This document shows positions 53,796 to 64,000 of a DNA stretch of 64,000 bases, piece by piece. Origin of the DNA: Lingula anatina (Eukaryota > Animalia > Brachiopoda); the NCBI GenBank assembly GCA_051362555.1, contig CM120640.1:24786225-24850224 (forward strand), read 5' to 3'. The notes below the pieces were generated by a model. That model was not told where the DNA came from. It made no database searches and worked only from the letters and a program-made list of their open reading frames with translations. The position numbers and the translations under genes are program-made. Position 1 is the first letter of the stretch, and each line of letters begins with the position of its first letter.

Positions 53796-53885
53796 GAGTG
53801 AACGCACTTTTAAAATTTTGCGCTTTTATACCTTTGTTGACGTATAGTCACATGATGGCGTTCTTGTTGTCACCAATGGTCAACT
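53796..53885 (-). promoter_or_regulatory. TATA+Inr Pol II promoter of the left element copy
   Basis: TATAAAA at 53830-53824 with Inr-like TTCACTC ~28-30 nt downstream. CRE-like TGACGTA, TCATGTGA E-box and CCAAT immediately upstream. Confidence 0.65.
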
Positions 53886-55936
53886 TGTTCAAAGGGGATG
53901 GCCTTTGATAGTGATACGCAAATTTGGTAATAATATCTTATCAACATATATATATATATTTTTATATTTTATATTTTGATTATTCTGCCTATCAATTTTT
54001 TTATAATAAGAATAATAAGTTCAAAGCAATGTCTGTGAAATGTGCAGGCAAACTTGATGAAAATTTCTGAGCAACATACCTTCTCCCTAAAATTTTTATA
54101 GGTACGATGTCCGTTAAGCTGGTAGCTGTGAACTTCTCGCAGGCTATTTTAGTGTGCGTGTATTTGAAGACTGATCCAAAATGTGGATAATGTAATTTGG
54201 CGTAGGGTGACTGCATTTTTGAGGCAGCCTGAGGGAGTATGGTTGTTCTGATTGTAGTGAATTGTAGAGAGACAAATGAAAGTACACTAAACTTAGCATG
54301 TGCAGTCACCCAAGTACTCTGAGACACATTTTGTAATCAGCTGACTTGTTATTCTGAAAAATGAAAAAACAAATTATATTGATTTACAAAACTGGAAGAT
54401 AGAAGCAGTGGATCATATTACTTATGCCAGGCAGAAGAAACGACTGAATGTACATTTTTATATTCAAAACGTCTACTGATTTAGGTAATAATTAATAGCC
54501 TGGAAGATCGCAGCAGTGGATCATATTACTAATGCAAGGCAGAAGAAACGAGTGAATGTATATGTCTATATTCAAAATGTCTACTGATTTAGGTAATAAT
54601 TAACAAGAGACGTCTCCCTTCATGGCGTCGGGTTATCAGTACTCCCACACCAGTAACATGAGTTATGAGTTGAACAGAAACAGAAAAAAGATTTTTTATA
54701 AAGATAATACAAGTATATGTGTAGGCCCATTTATCTTTTTTTATATTACTAAACGTAAGAATTGTTTGTCCAAGTGAAACTTTACTTAAATCAGCCTACT
54801 TCTATGATCTGACGTTTTAACGTCTCCGAAAATAACTAGAACTTTTTGAATAACGCAATAATGCGGCCACCTTCGAGGTGTCGCCCGGTTTTTAAAAATT
54901 GGAAAAAGAAACTTTTCGGGGCGTCTTTTGTCGCGGGTCATTATTTTCAGGTGTTTGATGTTTTTTTTTGTAATATTTTAGGCATTAATAGAATCTTTAA
55001 TTCAGTTACATCCACGATTAGCTAGACGATATGGTGACAGGGAAAAGTCAAATTTTTTAAACGGCAAAAACTGCATTCTCTTAGAAAGTAATTAGCAAAC
55101 ATTCATTACTAGGCACTGTGAAAAATTCAACCGAAGTTGAAGACAAAATTTGTCAAAAATAAACGTGCATGTCGTAATACCTATTTAAAGCAGTCTAATT
55201 TTTGTTAGTATTAAAAACGTGTAAATATTATCCATATGGGATATTTTTAAAGCCTTTGATATTTAAAATATTTAAACTTCCCATACTTGAGGCATGCATG
55301 AGTCGGAAAATGTTTGCATAATTACACAAAAAAAAACTAGAATTATCTCTTTATGTGACCACAGTTTACTCATATGCCTTACATCATTCCCTTAAACCCT
55401 TTCCCAATATCGATTTCAGATATTTTTGACACATTTTGTCCTCATCTGAATCACGTGAACGTTATCAAGTGTCATGGACGTACATTACAAAAACATTTAG
55501 GTCTTGGAACGTGATTTGATGACCTTTTTTAAACGCATATACAATTATGAATTTATAATTAAGTTATTTAATATCAAATTATAAGTTCTGACCGAGTTTT
55601 AAATTTTATTTTAGGAGGGGTAAAAAAAAAACACCCCCTCTAATATACATGTAGTATGTTATAGATATGGTACTGTTAGGCTTATGAAAAGTCCTACTTT
55701 AACTACAGAAGTGTACATGTGATAAAGTATAAAGAAAAATTTTAAAAAATTAAAATTAAAATTCTGGTGAATTTGCTCACTCCCATCTCACATGGCAAAT
55801 TCAATTACTAATCCACCTGAGCTTGGTTATAATGTAATGTACTAACAATATGCAGCCTGTTCAGAGTTATGGCTAACTACTAGTAAAATAAGATAAAGAT
55901 AAAGTAAATGCTGAATGTAACGGATGAGTATTAAAT

Positions 55937-56100
55937 CAGGCGCGTAGCCAGGGGGGGTTCGGGGTTTTTAAAGAACTGCCACTTTTGCTGGAAGGTCCAC
56001 TGTGGGTAAAATTTGATCTAGGTACATGAAGTTTTTATGGAAAAAGGTCCACTTTTTAAGAAAAAGAACCCCCCTTTTGAAATTGCTGGTTACGGGCCTG
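55937..56100. mobile_element. hAT-like MITE upstream of the first visible MOV10 exon
   Basis: TIRs caggcgcgtagccag / ctggttacgggcctg, each flanked by taaat. Confidence 0.6.
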
Positions 56101-56136
56101 TAAATGCACAGACATCCCTTTTTATTCTCTCCACAG

Positions 56137-58046
56137 GTTCAAAAACTGAGGCAACTGCTGTTCAAGAAAAACTTTCGGGACATAAAGGTGGGCAGTGTGG
56201 AGGAATTTCAGGGTCAGGAGAGACGGGTCATCATGGTGTCCACCGTGAGGAGTAACCCCGATTACCTGGCTCTGGACGCAGAGTTCAAGCTGGGCTTTTT
56301 AAAGAACCCAAAGGTCAGTCATTTGTACACTTATGCATGTGGACACACAAACTGGGGTAGAGTTAACACTGCTCAATTAAGCCAAATGCTAAAACTGATT
56401 TCAATTGGTTAAACAAAATAGGGTTATTTTGACTTATTTTAGTCAAATTTAAACCATTTTGGAGAAAAAAGTGATGAAAAAGTAGTAATTTGGCTTTAGA
56501 AAAAATTGCTAGTGCCACCTCAGCATATGGTAATAACTTGATTTTTTTCAGTGGGGGGGAAATCGTGAATTTTACAGATGCGGTATTTTTTAGGCCATTA
56601 ATTTTTAAAATTTTAATACTCCTACCCAATTCCTATTGGATGGTCACAACAAAATAAAAAAGTAAGCTACTCTATAGTTCTAATCTATGCAGTAAGTGCA
56701 CCACAAATACTATATACAAATGTGATTTTTGTGCTTATAAAGGTATACATTTGAAAGTTTGATAAATTTTGCCCATTGAAAAGATAGTGTCATTACCATG
56801 ATTGTGCTGTGGCATGTGTATATGCGTGAACACATAATTCATAAGACTTTGTACATGTGGATGTGCACACACATATTTTGAAATGTAAGGTTATTTAAAC
56901 AGCTATAGTCCATACTATTTTCATCACCATTTCTTTCCACTATGGCACTGCAGAGATTATGCCATGTGATGCGGAATTCACAGAAGAGATATGAACAGTT
57001 AGTCTCAGACTATACTGTCTTCAGTGTTCACCCGCACATACAGTTACATGTGGGATTAATTTTTTTTCAGAGGTTTAATGTGTCGATCACAAGAGCAAAG
57101 GCCCTATTGATTGTTGTAGGGAATCCGTTTCTTCTTTCGCAAGATGAACATTGGAACAGGTGAAGTGAATTATTTTAATTTATTTGATCAGTAAGCAAAA
57201 AAAGTTCAATCAAATTATAAGACTTTTTCAAACCAAACACAAATCAGCCATGTTAGGTTCAAAATTTTTTTTCCTTTATTTAATCTTTATTTAATCTCAT
57301 TGTTTCTAAGAACTCTTGTTCAGACAGACAGACAAACCAACCAAAAAAGAAATATTAAGGATTTAATAAAGTTCATAAATTAAATTTTTAATGTTTGTTC
57401 AGACAGACTGACAAAAAAAAAAAAAAGAAAAAAAAACAAAGAGGATAGAAAGATTAAAAAGAGAAAGCTATCATGTTGTAGTTCAGAAAGACTGTTAAAT
57501 GAAAAAAAAATAGAAAAAAAAGGAAAGTTAAAAAACATGTAAATTAAACTCCAAACTGACAGACAAAATAGTGTCTACTAGGCAATCCTTTCTTTTATTG
57601 TGAATGAAAGTCCATACAGATAGACAAAAGAAATTAGGCAATTCTTTCTTTATTTTCAACTTCTCTTTGGTGTAGTTTCCTTAAGTACTGCCTCGAGAAT
57701 AAAGCGTACACAGGATGTGATTACGATGACCCTACTGATCAGCTCGACGATGTTGTAGAGAGGTTTGCTGCAGTGAATATTAAGCAGTCAGGTACGAGCA
57801 GGATTTATTGCAATCAATTTCTCTGTTGAATATTTTATTTTCTCAGATTATTGGCTATAAATAATCTAAATCATTAGGACTGAAAAGTCAGAATTTCAAA
57901 TAAATTGCATGCACATGTACTATCTACTAGCTGTCATCTTGCATTTTCATTACTTTAAGTCCATTTTCAAGAGCAACTATTTTCTTCTTGTCTGTCGTGT
58001 TATTCAGACGTACCACAAGTAATGTGTCCAAGATATATTGATTTTA

Positions 58047-58081
<35 letters not shown>

Positions 58082-58187
58082 TGCACCATTTAAACTTTTT
58101 TGGGAATATATTATTTTTCAAGATGTAACCATGGATGTCAGCCAGGTTCAGTTGCAAGAAGACCCCGAGTGGAGAGGAGAGGCCTAA
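56137..58187 (+). CDS. MOV10: MOV10 (UPF1-like SF1 RNA helicase), last four coding exons only
   Basis: Exons 56137-56313, 57071-57159, 57676-57791 and 58123-58187 in phase: IKVGSVEEFQGQERRVIMVSTVRS...[27 protein letters not shown]...EDPEWRGEA*, matching MOV10 motifs V/VI and its EPEWR-like tail. AATAAA at 59924. No upstream helicase exons found in the window. Confidence 0.9.
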
Positions 58188-61100
58188 TTTTAACTCTGTA
58201 TTCTCAACTGTATTCTCAACTCAGATTCTTCTGTGATCAAGAGGAAATGCAAGATCTTTTACTAGGGGAGCCTGAATTTGAAAATCAAAATATTATGACG
58301 AATAAGACATGGAGGCTAGAGAAACTGATATAATATAATATTGTTGACCACGATATAAAGCTGCCTCATGTATATTAAACTATGACATCTACCTGTAAAC
58401 GCAGACTTATCAAACCTTGCAAGTTCATCTTTTTTTCTGGAGAATGGTACATTCAAGTGACATGACGTTTATTATGAAACAATTGAGGATATTACTTACT
58501 TAAGCCATATTTTATGGTGCTTGAAACTGTGGTCATTTTTTGTCACTTGATTTTAGAGAGATTTTGATAGATATCATGTAGTCAAATTAGGTACAATTCT
58601 GTTAAAGAACTTGTGAATCACTAATTGTATGAAAATAATCAAAATTGGGGTTTGAATAATGCTTCAATAATTGTCTTAATCATTTTGACTTGAGCCTATT
58701 TTATCTGTGAATATCAAATTTTAATATTTTTAATAACATTTTATCAGTATATTTCAGATATGCTTTATGAAAAAGTTTTAAATTGACAGGAGTATTTTTA
58801 TAATAAGTCAGTTTTAGAAATCAAATTGATTCTATACTAGTGAAAATGTAAAATTCCAGAGTATATTTTTAACCAATGTTTTCTGTAATGTATCATACAG
58901 TGTGACTGTGTTTGTTCTCACCCTATGGGGAGGCAGAGCCTTCAAACTAACTATTCCTTGCACTTGCTTTACTAAATGTTTGAAGTTGGTTTGTAGTCTA
59001 AAATCTGAGCCTATAAAGACTTAGCTGGCTAAGTTGCACTTTACAGTTGTAAGAATCTTACAGATAGCCTAGGCCAGAAATAACTGATAAGTTGCAATGA
59101 CTCACTGTAAAAAAGGTTGGTAGATTGCATGAATCTATTTGTGGTCTAAATTTTGTCTTTTATGCATATGTTTAATGAGAATAGCATCCAAAGGTTAAGG
59201 TTAGGCTTTCACTACACCAATCCCCTATTCCCCTTTTTTCACTTACAAAATGGCAAAAATAAAAATAGGTGCAAGAAAAGTTCTGATTTAATCAAAACTA
59301 GAGTATTGTTCGCTCATTAACCAAGTTATCAATTTTGCCTCATTTTTTCCAGTCTTTTTACTTTCTTTTCACTTTCCTTTGATTTACATTTTGATTGTCT
59401 TGGCAAGTCTTTTACTTGCAGTGGTGTCAGTAGCCCATTTATGTATATTCTACTCATCAACTGTGGACCAATCATTCTTAAAAAATTGAAGTTGTAAGAC
59501 AATATCGCAAAGTTGACTTTGTATAGTTGGCTATCCAGATTTAGCAGTCTAAGCTTAATTTTTTTGTGAAACGGTTCCCTTTTTTCAATGAGCCAGTATA
59601 CAGTACCTAATCAGTATTGAATTTACATATTTTATCTTTATCAGCACAATAAGAATCTTGCCATCTACTTTGAATTTTCATTGTTATTAACATTTTAGAA
59701 TTGTTATGGAATTAAGCTAATTATGTTATCAGTAAGAACAAGATGTTATTATAATGATACATTTATGTACTGTGTAGATGCCAGTGCACTACTAAATTAT
59801 GAGGAGAAATTTTTAATATTTTTTGGGATGGAGGAAACACAATTAATGAGGTTTTGGGGATTATCTTAATTTTGTGCAAAATTGGGCAACAGACAATGGT
59901 TATTTATGTACTGAAAATATATCAATAAAGCAAAAAAGAATGATAGTGCTAAGCTTTGTGGTGGAACCAAAACAGATTTTGTGGGGTTGCGAAATATCGT
60001 GTGTATCACGTCTATAGACCTAGCAGTATAAAAAGCCTTATAATTCTTGCAAGTGGTTTCTTCTTAGTAATTTGGACATTTAAAGTAAATTGAGGACAAC
60101 ACCGCTTCACTAAGAAATGACGTAAAGTCACACACTACAACGAAGATGGACTGTGAATTATACAAAAGTAATGTCTGATCGGAGAGTGGGGTGCATTCGA
60201 AACACATGACCTTTTGTCACTCTTACGTAGTTTTTTTTTTAATTACACATACACCATAATAATAACTTTAGCTAGAAGACACATTTTGTACGCCTAGTTC
60301 TAAGGACATAAGCCTACGGATGTATCCAATATATATTAGATGGGGTTGGTTTTTTTTACCCCTCCTAAAATAAATTTCAAACTTCGGTCAGAACTTATAA
60401 TTTGATATTAAATAACTTAATTATAAATTTATAATTGTATATATATGCATTTAAAAAAGTCATCAAATCACTTTCCAAGACCTAAATATTTTCGTAATGT
60501 ACGCCTTATGACACTAGATAACGTTCACGTGATTCAGATGAAGACAAAATGTGTCAAAAATATCTGAAATCGATATTGGGAAAGGGTTTAAGGGAATGAT
60601 GTAAGGCACATGAGTAAACTGTGGTCACATAAAGAGATAATTCTAGTTTTTTATGTAATTATGCAAACATTTTCCGACTCATGCATGCCTCAAAGTATGG
60701 GGAGTTTAAATATTTTAAATATCGAAGGCTTTAAAAATATCCTATGTGGATAATATTTACACGTTTTTAATACTAACAAAAATTAGACTGCTTTAAATAG
60801 GTATTACGACATGCACTTTTATTTTTGACACATTTTGTCTTCAACTTCGGTTGAATTTTTCACAGTGCCTGGTAATGAATGTTTGCTAATTACTTTCTAA
60901 GAGAATGCGGTTTTTGCCGTTTAAAAAATTTGACTTTTCCCTGTCACCATTTCGTCTAGCTAATCGTGGATGTAACTGAATTAAAGATTCTATCAATGGC
61001 TAAAATTTTACAAAAAAAAAAAAAAAAACATCAAACAACTGAAAATAATGACCCGCGACAAAAGACGCCCCGAAAAGTTTCTTTTTTCAATTTTTAAAAA

Positions 61101-62099
61101 CCGGGCGACACCTCGAAGGTGGCCGCATTATTGCGTTATTCAAAAAATTCTAGTTATTTTCGGAGACGTTAAAACGTCAGATTTAGTTGCTAGGCTGATG
61201 TAAGTAAAGTTTCACTTGGACAAACAATTATTACGTTTAGTAATATAAAAAAAGATAAATGGGCCTACACATATACTTGCATTATCTTTATAAAAAATCT
61301 TTTTCTGTTTCTGTTCAACTCATAACTCATGTTACTGGTGTGGGAGTACTGATAACCCGACGCCATGAAGGGAGACGTCAGTTGTTAATTATTACCTAAA
61401 TCAGTAGACGTTTTGAATATAGACATATACATTCACTCGTTTCTTCTGCCTTGCATTAGTAATATGATCCACTGCTGCTATCTTCCAGGCTATTAATTAT
61501 TACCTAAATCAGTAGACGTTTTGAATATAAAAATATACATTCATTCGTTTCTTCTGCCTGGCATAAGTTATATGATCCACTGCTTCTATCTTCCAGTTTT
61601 GTAAATCAATGTAATTTGTTTTTTCATTTTTCAGAATAACAAGTCAGCTGATTACAAAATGTGTTTCAGAGTACTTGGGTGACTGAACATGCTAAGTCCA
61701 GTGTACTTCCAATTGTTTCTCTACAATTCACTACAATCAGAACAACCATACTCCCTCAGGCTGCCTCCAAAATGCAGTCACCTACGCCAAATTACATTAT
61801 CCACATTTTGGATCAGTCTTCAAATACACGCACACTAAAGTAGCCTGCGAGAAGTTCACAGCTACCAGCTTAACGGACATCGTACCTATAAAAATTTTAG
61901 GGAGAAGGTATGTTGCTCAGAAATTTTCATCAAATTTGCCTGCACATTTCACAGACATTGCTTAGAACTTATTACTATTATTATAAACAAACTGACAGGC
62001 AGAATAATCAAAATATAAAATATAAAAGAAAATGTATATGTTGATAAGATATTATTACCAACTTTGCGCATCACTATCAAAGGCCATCCCCTTTGAACA

Positions 62100-62190
62100 A
62101 GTTGACCATTGGTGACAACAAGAACGCCATCATGTGACTATACGTCAACAAAGGTATAAAAGCGCAAAATTTTAAAAGTGCGTTCACTCA
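62100..62190 (+). promoter_or_regulatory. TATA+Inr Pol II promoter of the right element copy
   Basis: ATTGG (62108), TCATGTGA (62130), TACGTCA (62141), TATAAAA (62155-62161) and TTCACTC (62183-62189). Confidence 0.65.
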
Positions 62191-62521
62191 ACAGCGGACA
62201 GATCTAGAGCAACAGGAAGGATGTCATGTGCTGCGCCCTGTATCAAGCACAAAGGACATGGGAGTCGACTCCCATTTCTCCGAATCTTCTACTCATCCTA
62301 CGTCAACGCATCGCTCTTCGACATATTGTTCCTTGCACACGCAGACGTCTAGACGGTGGATTCGGCGTTTCTCTTAGCTGGCCAGCTAAAATCTTCGCTT
62401 CTCCCCACGAGGAATCGTCGCTCGGTCATCTTCGCAGGATACTTCACCTTTTTGCTGTCGTGGGCTGGAGTCGTAGTGTCATTGCATATTCCCATGCTTT
62501 CCAGGTTTCTTTTTATTACAG

Positions 62522-64000
62522 GTCCAGGAAGCAGACTGCAAACTGGTGGGCGCCACCTGTGGGACTCCGACTACACTCCTTAAGGTATGTAATCTTTTTT
62601 CTTTTTGGAAGGGGGGTTTGAGAAATGAAAGAAATCTAATCTCGTTTTTATTTCTGTTTACAGGACATAGAAGATGATGGGCGCCACCTGTGGGACTTCG
62701 ACTACACTCCTTAAGGTATGTAATCTTTTTTTCTTTTTGGAAGGGGAGTTTGAGAAATGAAAGAAATCTAATCTCGTTTTTATTTCTGTTTACAGGACAT
62801 AGAAGATGATGGGCGCCACCTGTGGGACTTCGACTACACTCCTTAAGGTATGTAATCTTTTTTCTTTTTGGAAGGGGAGTTTGAGAAATGAAAGAAATCT
62901 AATCTCGTTTTTATTTCTGTTTACAGGACATAGAAGATGATATGCGCCACCTGTGGGACTTCGACTACACTCCTTAAGGTATGTAATCTTTTTTCTTTTT
63001 GGAAGGGGGGTTTGAGAAATGAAAGAAATCTAATCTCGTTTTTATTTCTGTTTACAGGACATAGAAGAAGATGGGCGCCACCTGTGGGACTTCGACTACA
63101 CTCCTTAAGGTATGTAATCTTTTTTCTTTTTGGAAGGGGAGTTTGAGAAATGAAAGAAATCTAATCTCGTTTTTATTTTTGTTTACAGGACATAGAAGAT
63201 GATGGGCGCCACCTGTGGGACTTCGACTACACTCCTTAAGGTATGTAATCTTTTTTCTTTTTGGAAGGGGGGTTTGAGAAATGAAAGAAATCTAATCTCG
63301 TTTTTATTTCTGTTTACAGGACATAGAAGAAGATGGGCGCCACCTGTGGGACTTCGACTACACTCCTTAAGGTATGTAATCTTTTTTCTTTTTGGAAGGG
63401 GGGTTTGAGAAATGAAAGAAATCTAATCTCGTTTTTATTTCTGTTTACAGGACATAGAAGATGATGGGCGCCACCTGTGGGACTTCGACTACACTCCTTA
63501 AGGTATGTAATCTTTTTTTCTTTTTGGAAGGGGAGTTTGAGAAATGAAAGAAATCTAATCTCGTTTTTATTTCTGTTTACAGGACATAGAAGATGATGGG
63601 CGCCACCTGTGGGACTTCGACTACACTCCTTAAGGTATGTAATCTTTTTTCTTTTTGGAAGGGGAGTTTGAGAAATGAAAGAAATCTAATCTCGTTTTTA
63701 TTTTTGTTTACAGGACATAGAAGATGATGGGCGCCACCTGTGGGACTTCGACTACACTCCTTAAGGTATGTAATCTTTTTTTCTTTTTGGAAGGGAAGTT
63801 TGAGAAATGAAAGAAATCTAATCTCGTTTTTATTTCTGTTTACAGGACATAGAAGATGATGGGCGCCACCTGTGGGACTTCGACTACACTCCTTAAGGTA
63901 TGTAATCTTTTTTTCTTTTTGGAAGGGGAGTTTGAGAAATGAAAGAAATCTAATCTCGTTTTTATTTCTGTTTACAGGACATAGAAGATGATATGCGCCA
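62522..64000 (+). repeat. 131-132 bp exon+intron satellite, at least 11 units (right copy)
   Basis: ...tttatttctgtttacag|GACATAG...CCTTAAG|gtatgt... recurs with exon starts at 62664, 62796, 62927, 63058, 63189, 63320, 63451, 63583, 63714, 63846 and 63978. Confidence 0.97.

Larger units (their letters stand above)
48400..53800 (-). ncRNA. Predicted multi-exon, repeat-built, probably non-coding transcript of the left element copy
   Basis: TATA (53830-53824) plus Inr (~53800). First exon ends at a donor at 53377, then five 52-nt exons, then exons 52636-51829, 51418-51236, 51006-50868, 50539-50103, 49490-49391 and 48919-~48400, all with AG/GT boundaries on one strand. AATAAA at 48427-48422. Stops occur in all frames across the spliced product. 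Confidence 0.55.
52637..55647 (-). mobile_element. Left arm of a large inverted duplication / unclassified element (probably extends left to ~48 kb)
   Basis: Colinear reverse-complement match to 60332 onward, including an internal ~120-bp direct repeat (54392-54603), the promoter, exon 1 and the satellite. No transposase ORF seen. Confidence 0.75.
60332..64000 (+). mobile_element. Right arm of the inverted duplication / unclassified element (runs off the window)
   Basis: Reverse-complement match to 55647-52637 with scattered substitutions and small indels. Confidence 0.75.

Noticed and set aside
54001-54327. 108-aa ORF / exon-like block in the element arm
   Set aside because: Non-ATG start, frameshifted in the right copy, and no recognisable homology, although it does have splice-like borders.
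62226-62621. 131-aa ORF (MCCALYQ...) as the element's protein
   Set aside because: No recognisable domain, runs into the predicted intron, and is frameshifted by 23 nt in the other copy.
62664-62715. GGCGCC in each satellite unit as a BMP/Smad response element linked to the nearby Smad
   Set aside because: Lacks the correctly spaced GNC/GTCT partner site; a 6-mer alone is uninformative.
62522-64000. CRISPR-like array
   Set aside because: Units are near-identical along their full length with no unique spacers, there are no cas genes, and the context is eukaryotic.

Overview
AT-rich, intron-containing animal DNA, probably a lophotrochozoan or other marine invertebrate judging from the repeat types (inference). 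Hand-spliced genes from left to right: ZDHHC21-like palmitoyltransferase (-); a divergent TGF-beta/BMP ligand lacking the inter-chain cysteine (-), head-to-head with an NtA/CCDC3-like type I membrane protein (+); SLC44A1/CTL1-like choline transporter (-); a divergent Smad1/5 (-), head-to-head with a tiny mucin-like type I membrane protein (+); INIP/SOSS-C (+); and only the last four exons of a MOV10 helicase (+). The most unusual part is ~48.4-64 kb. Two inverted, highly similar copies of an unclassified element flank the orphan MOV10 3' end. Each copy carries a TATA/Inr promoter facing outward into what looks like a multi-exon, apparently non-coding transcript. That transcript includes a 131-132 bp satellite whose unit is one 52-nt exon plus one complete ~80-nt GT-AG intron. 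In the left copy it continues into exons built from 52-nt and 70-nt tandem repeats. All calls come from reading the sequence; no database search was run.
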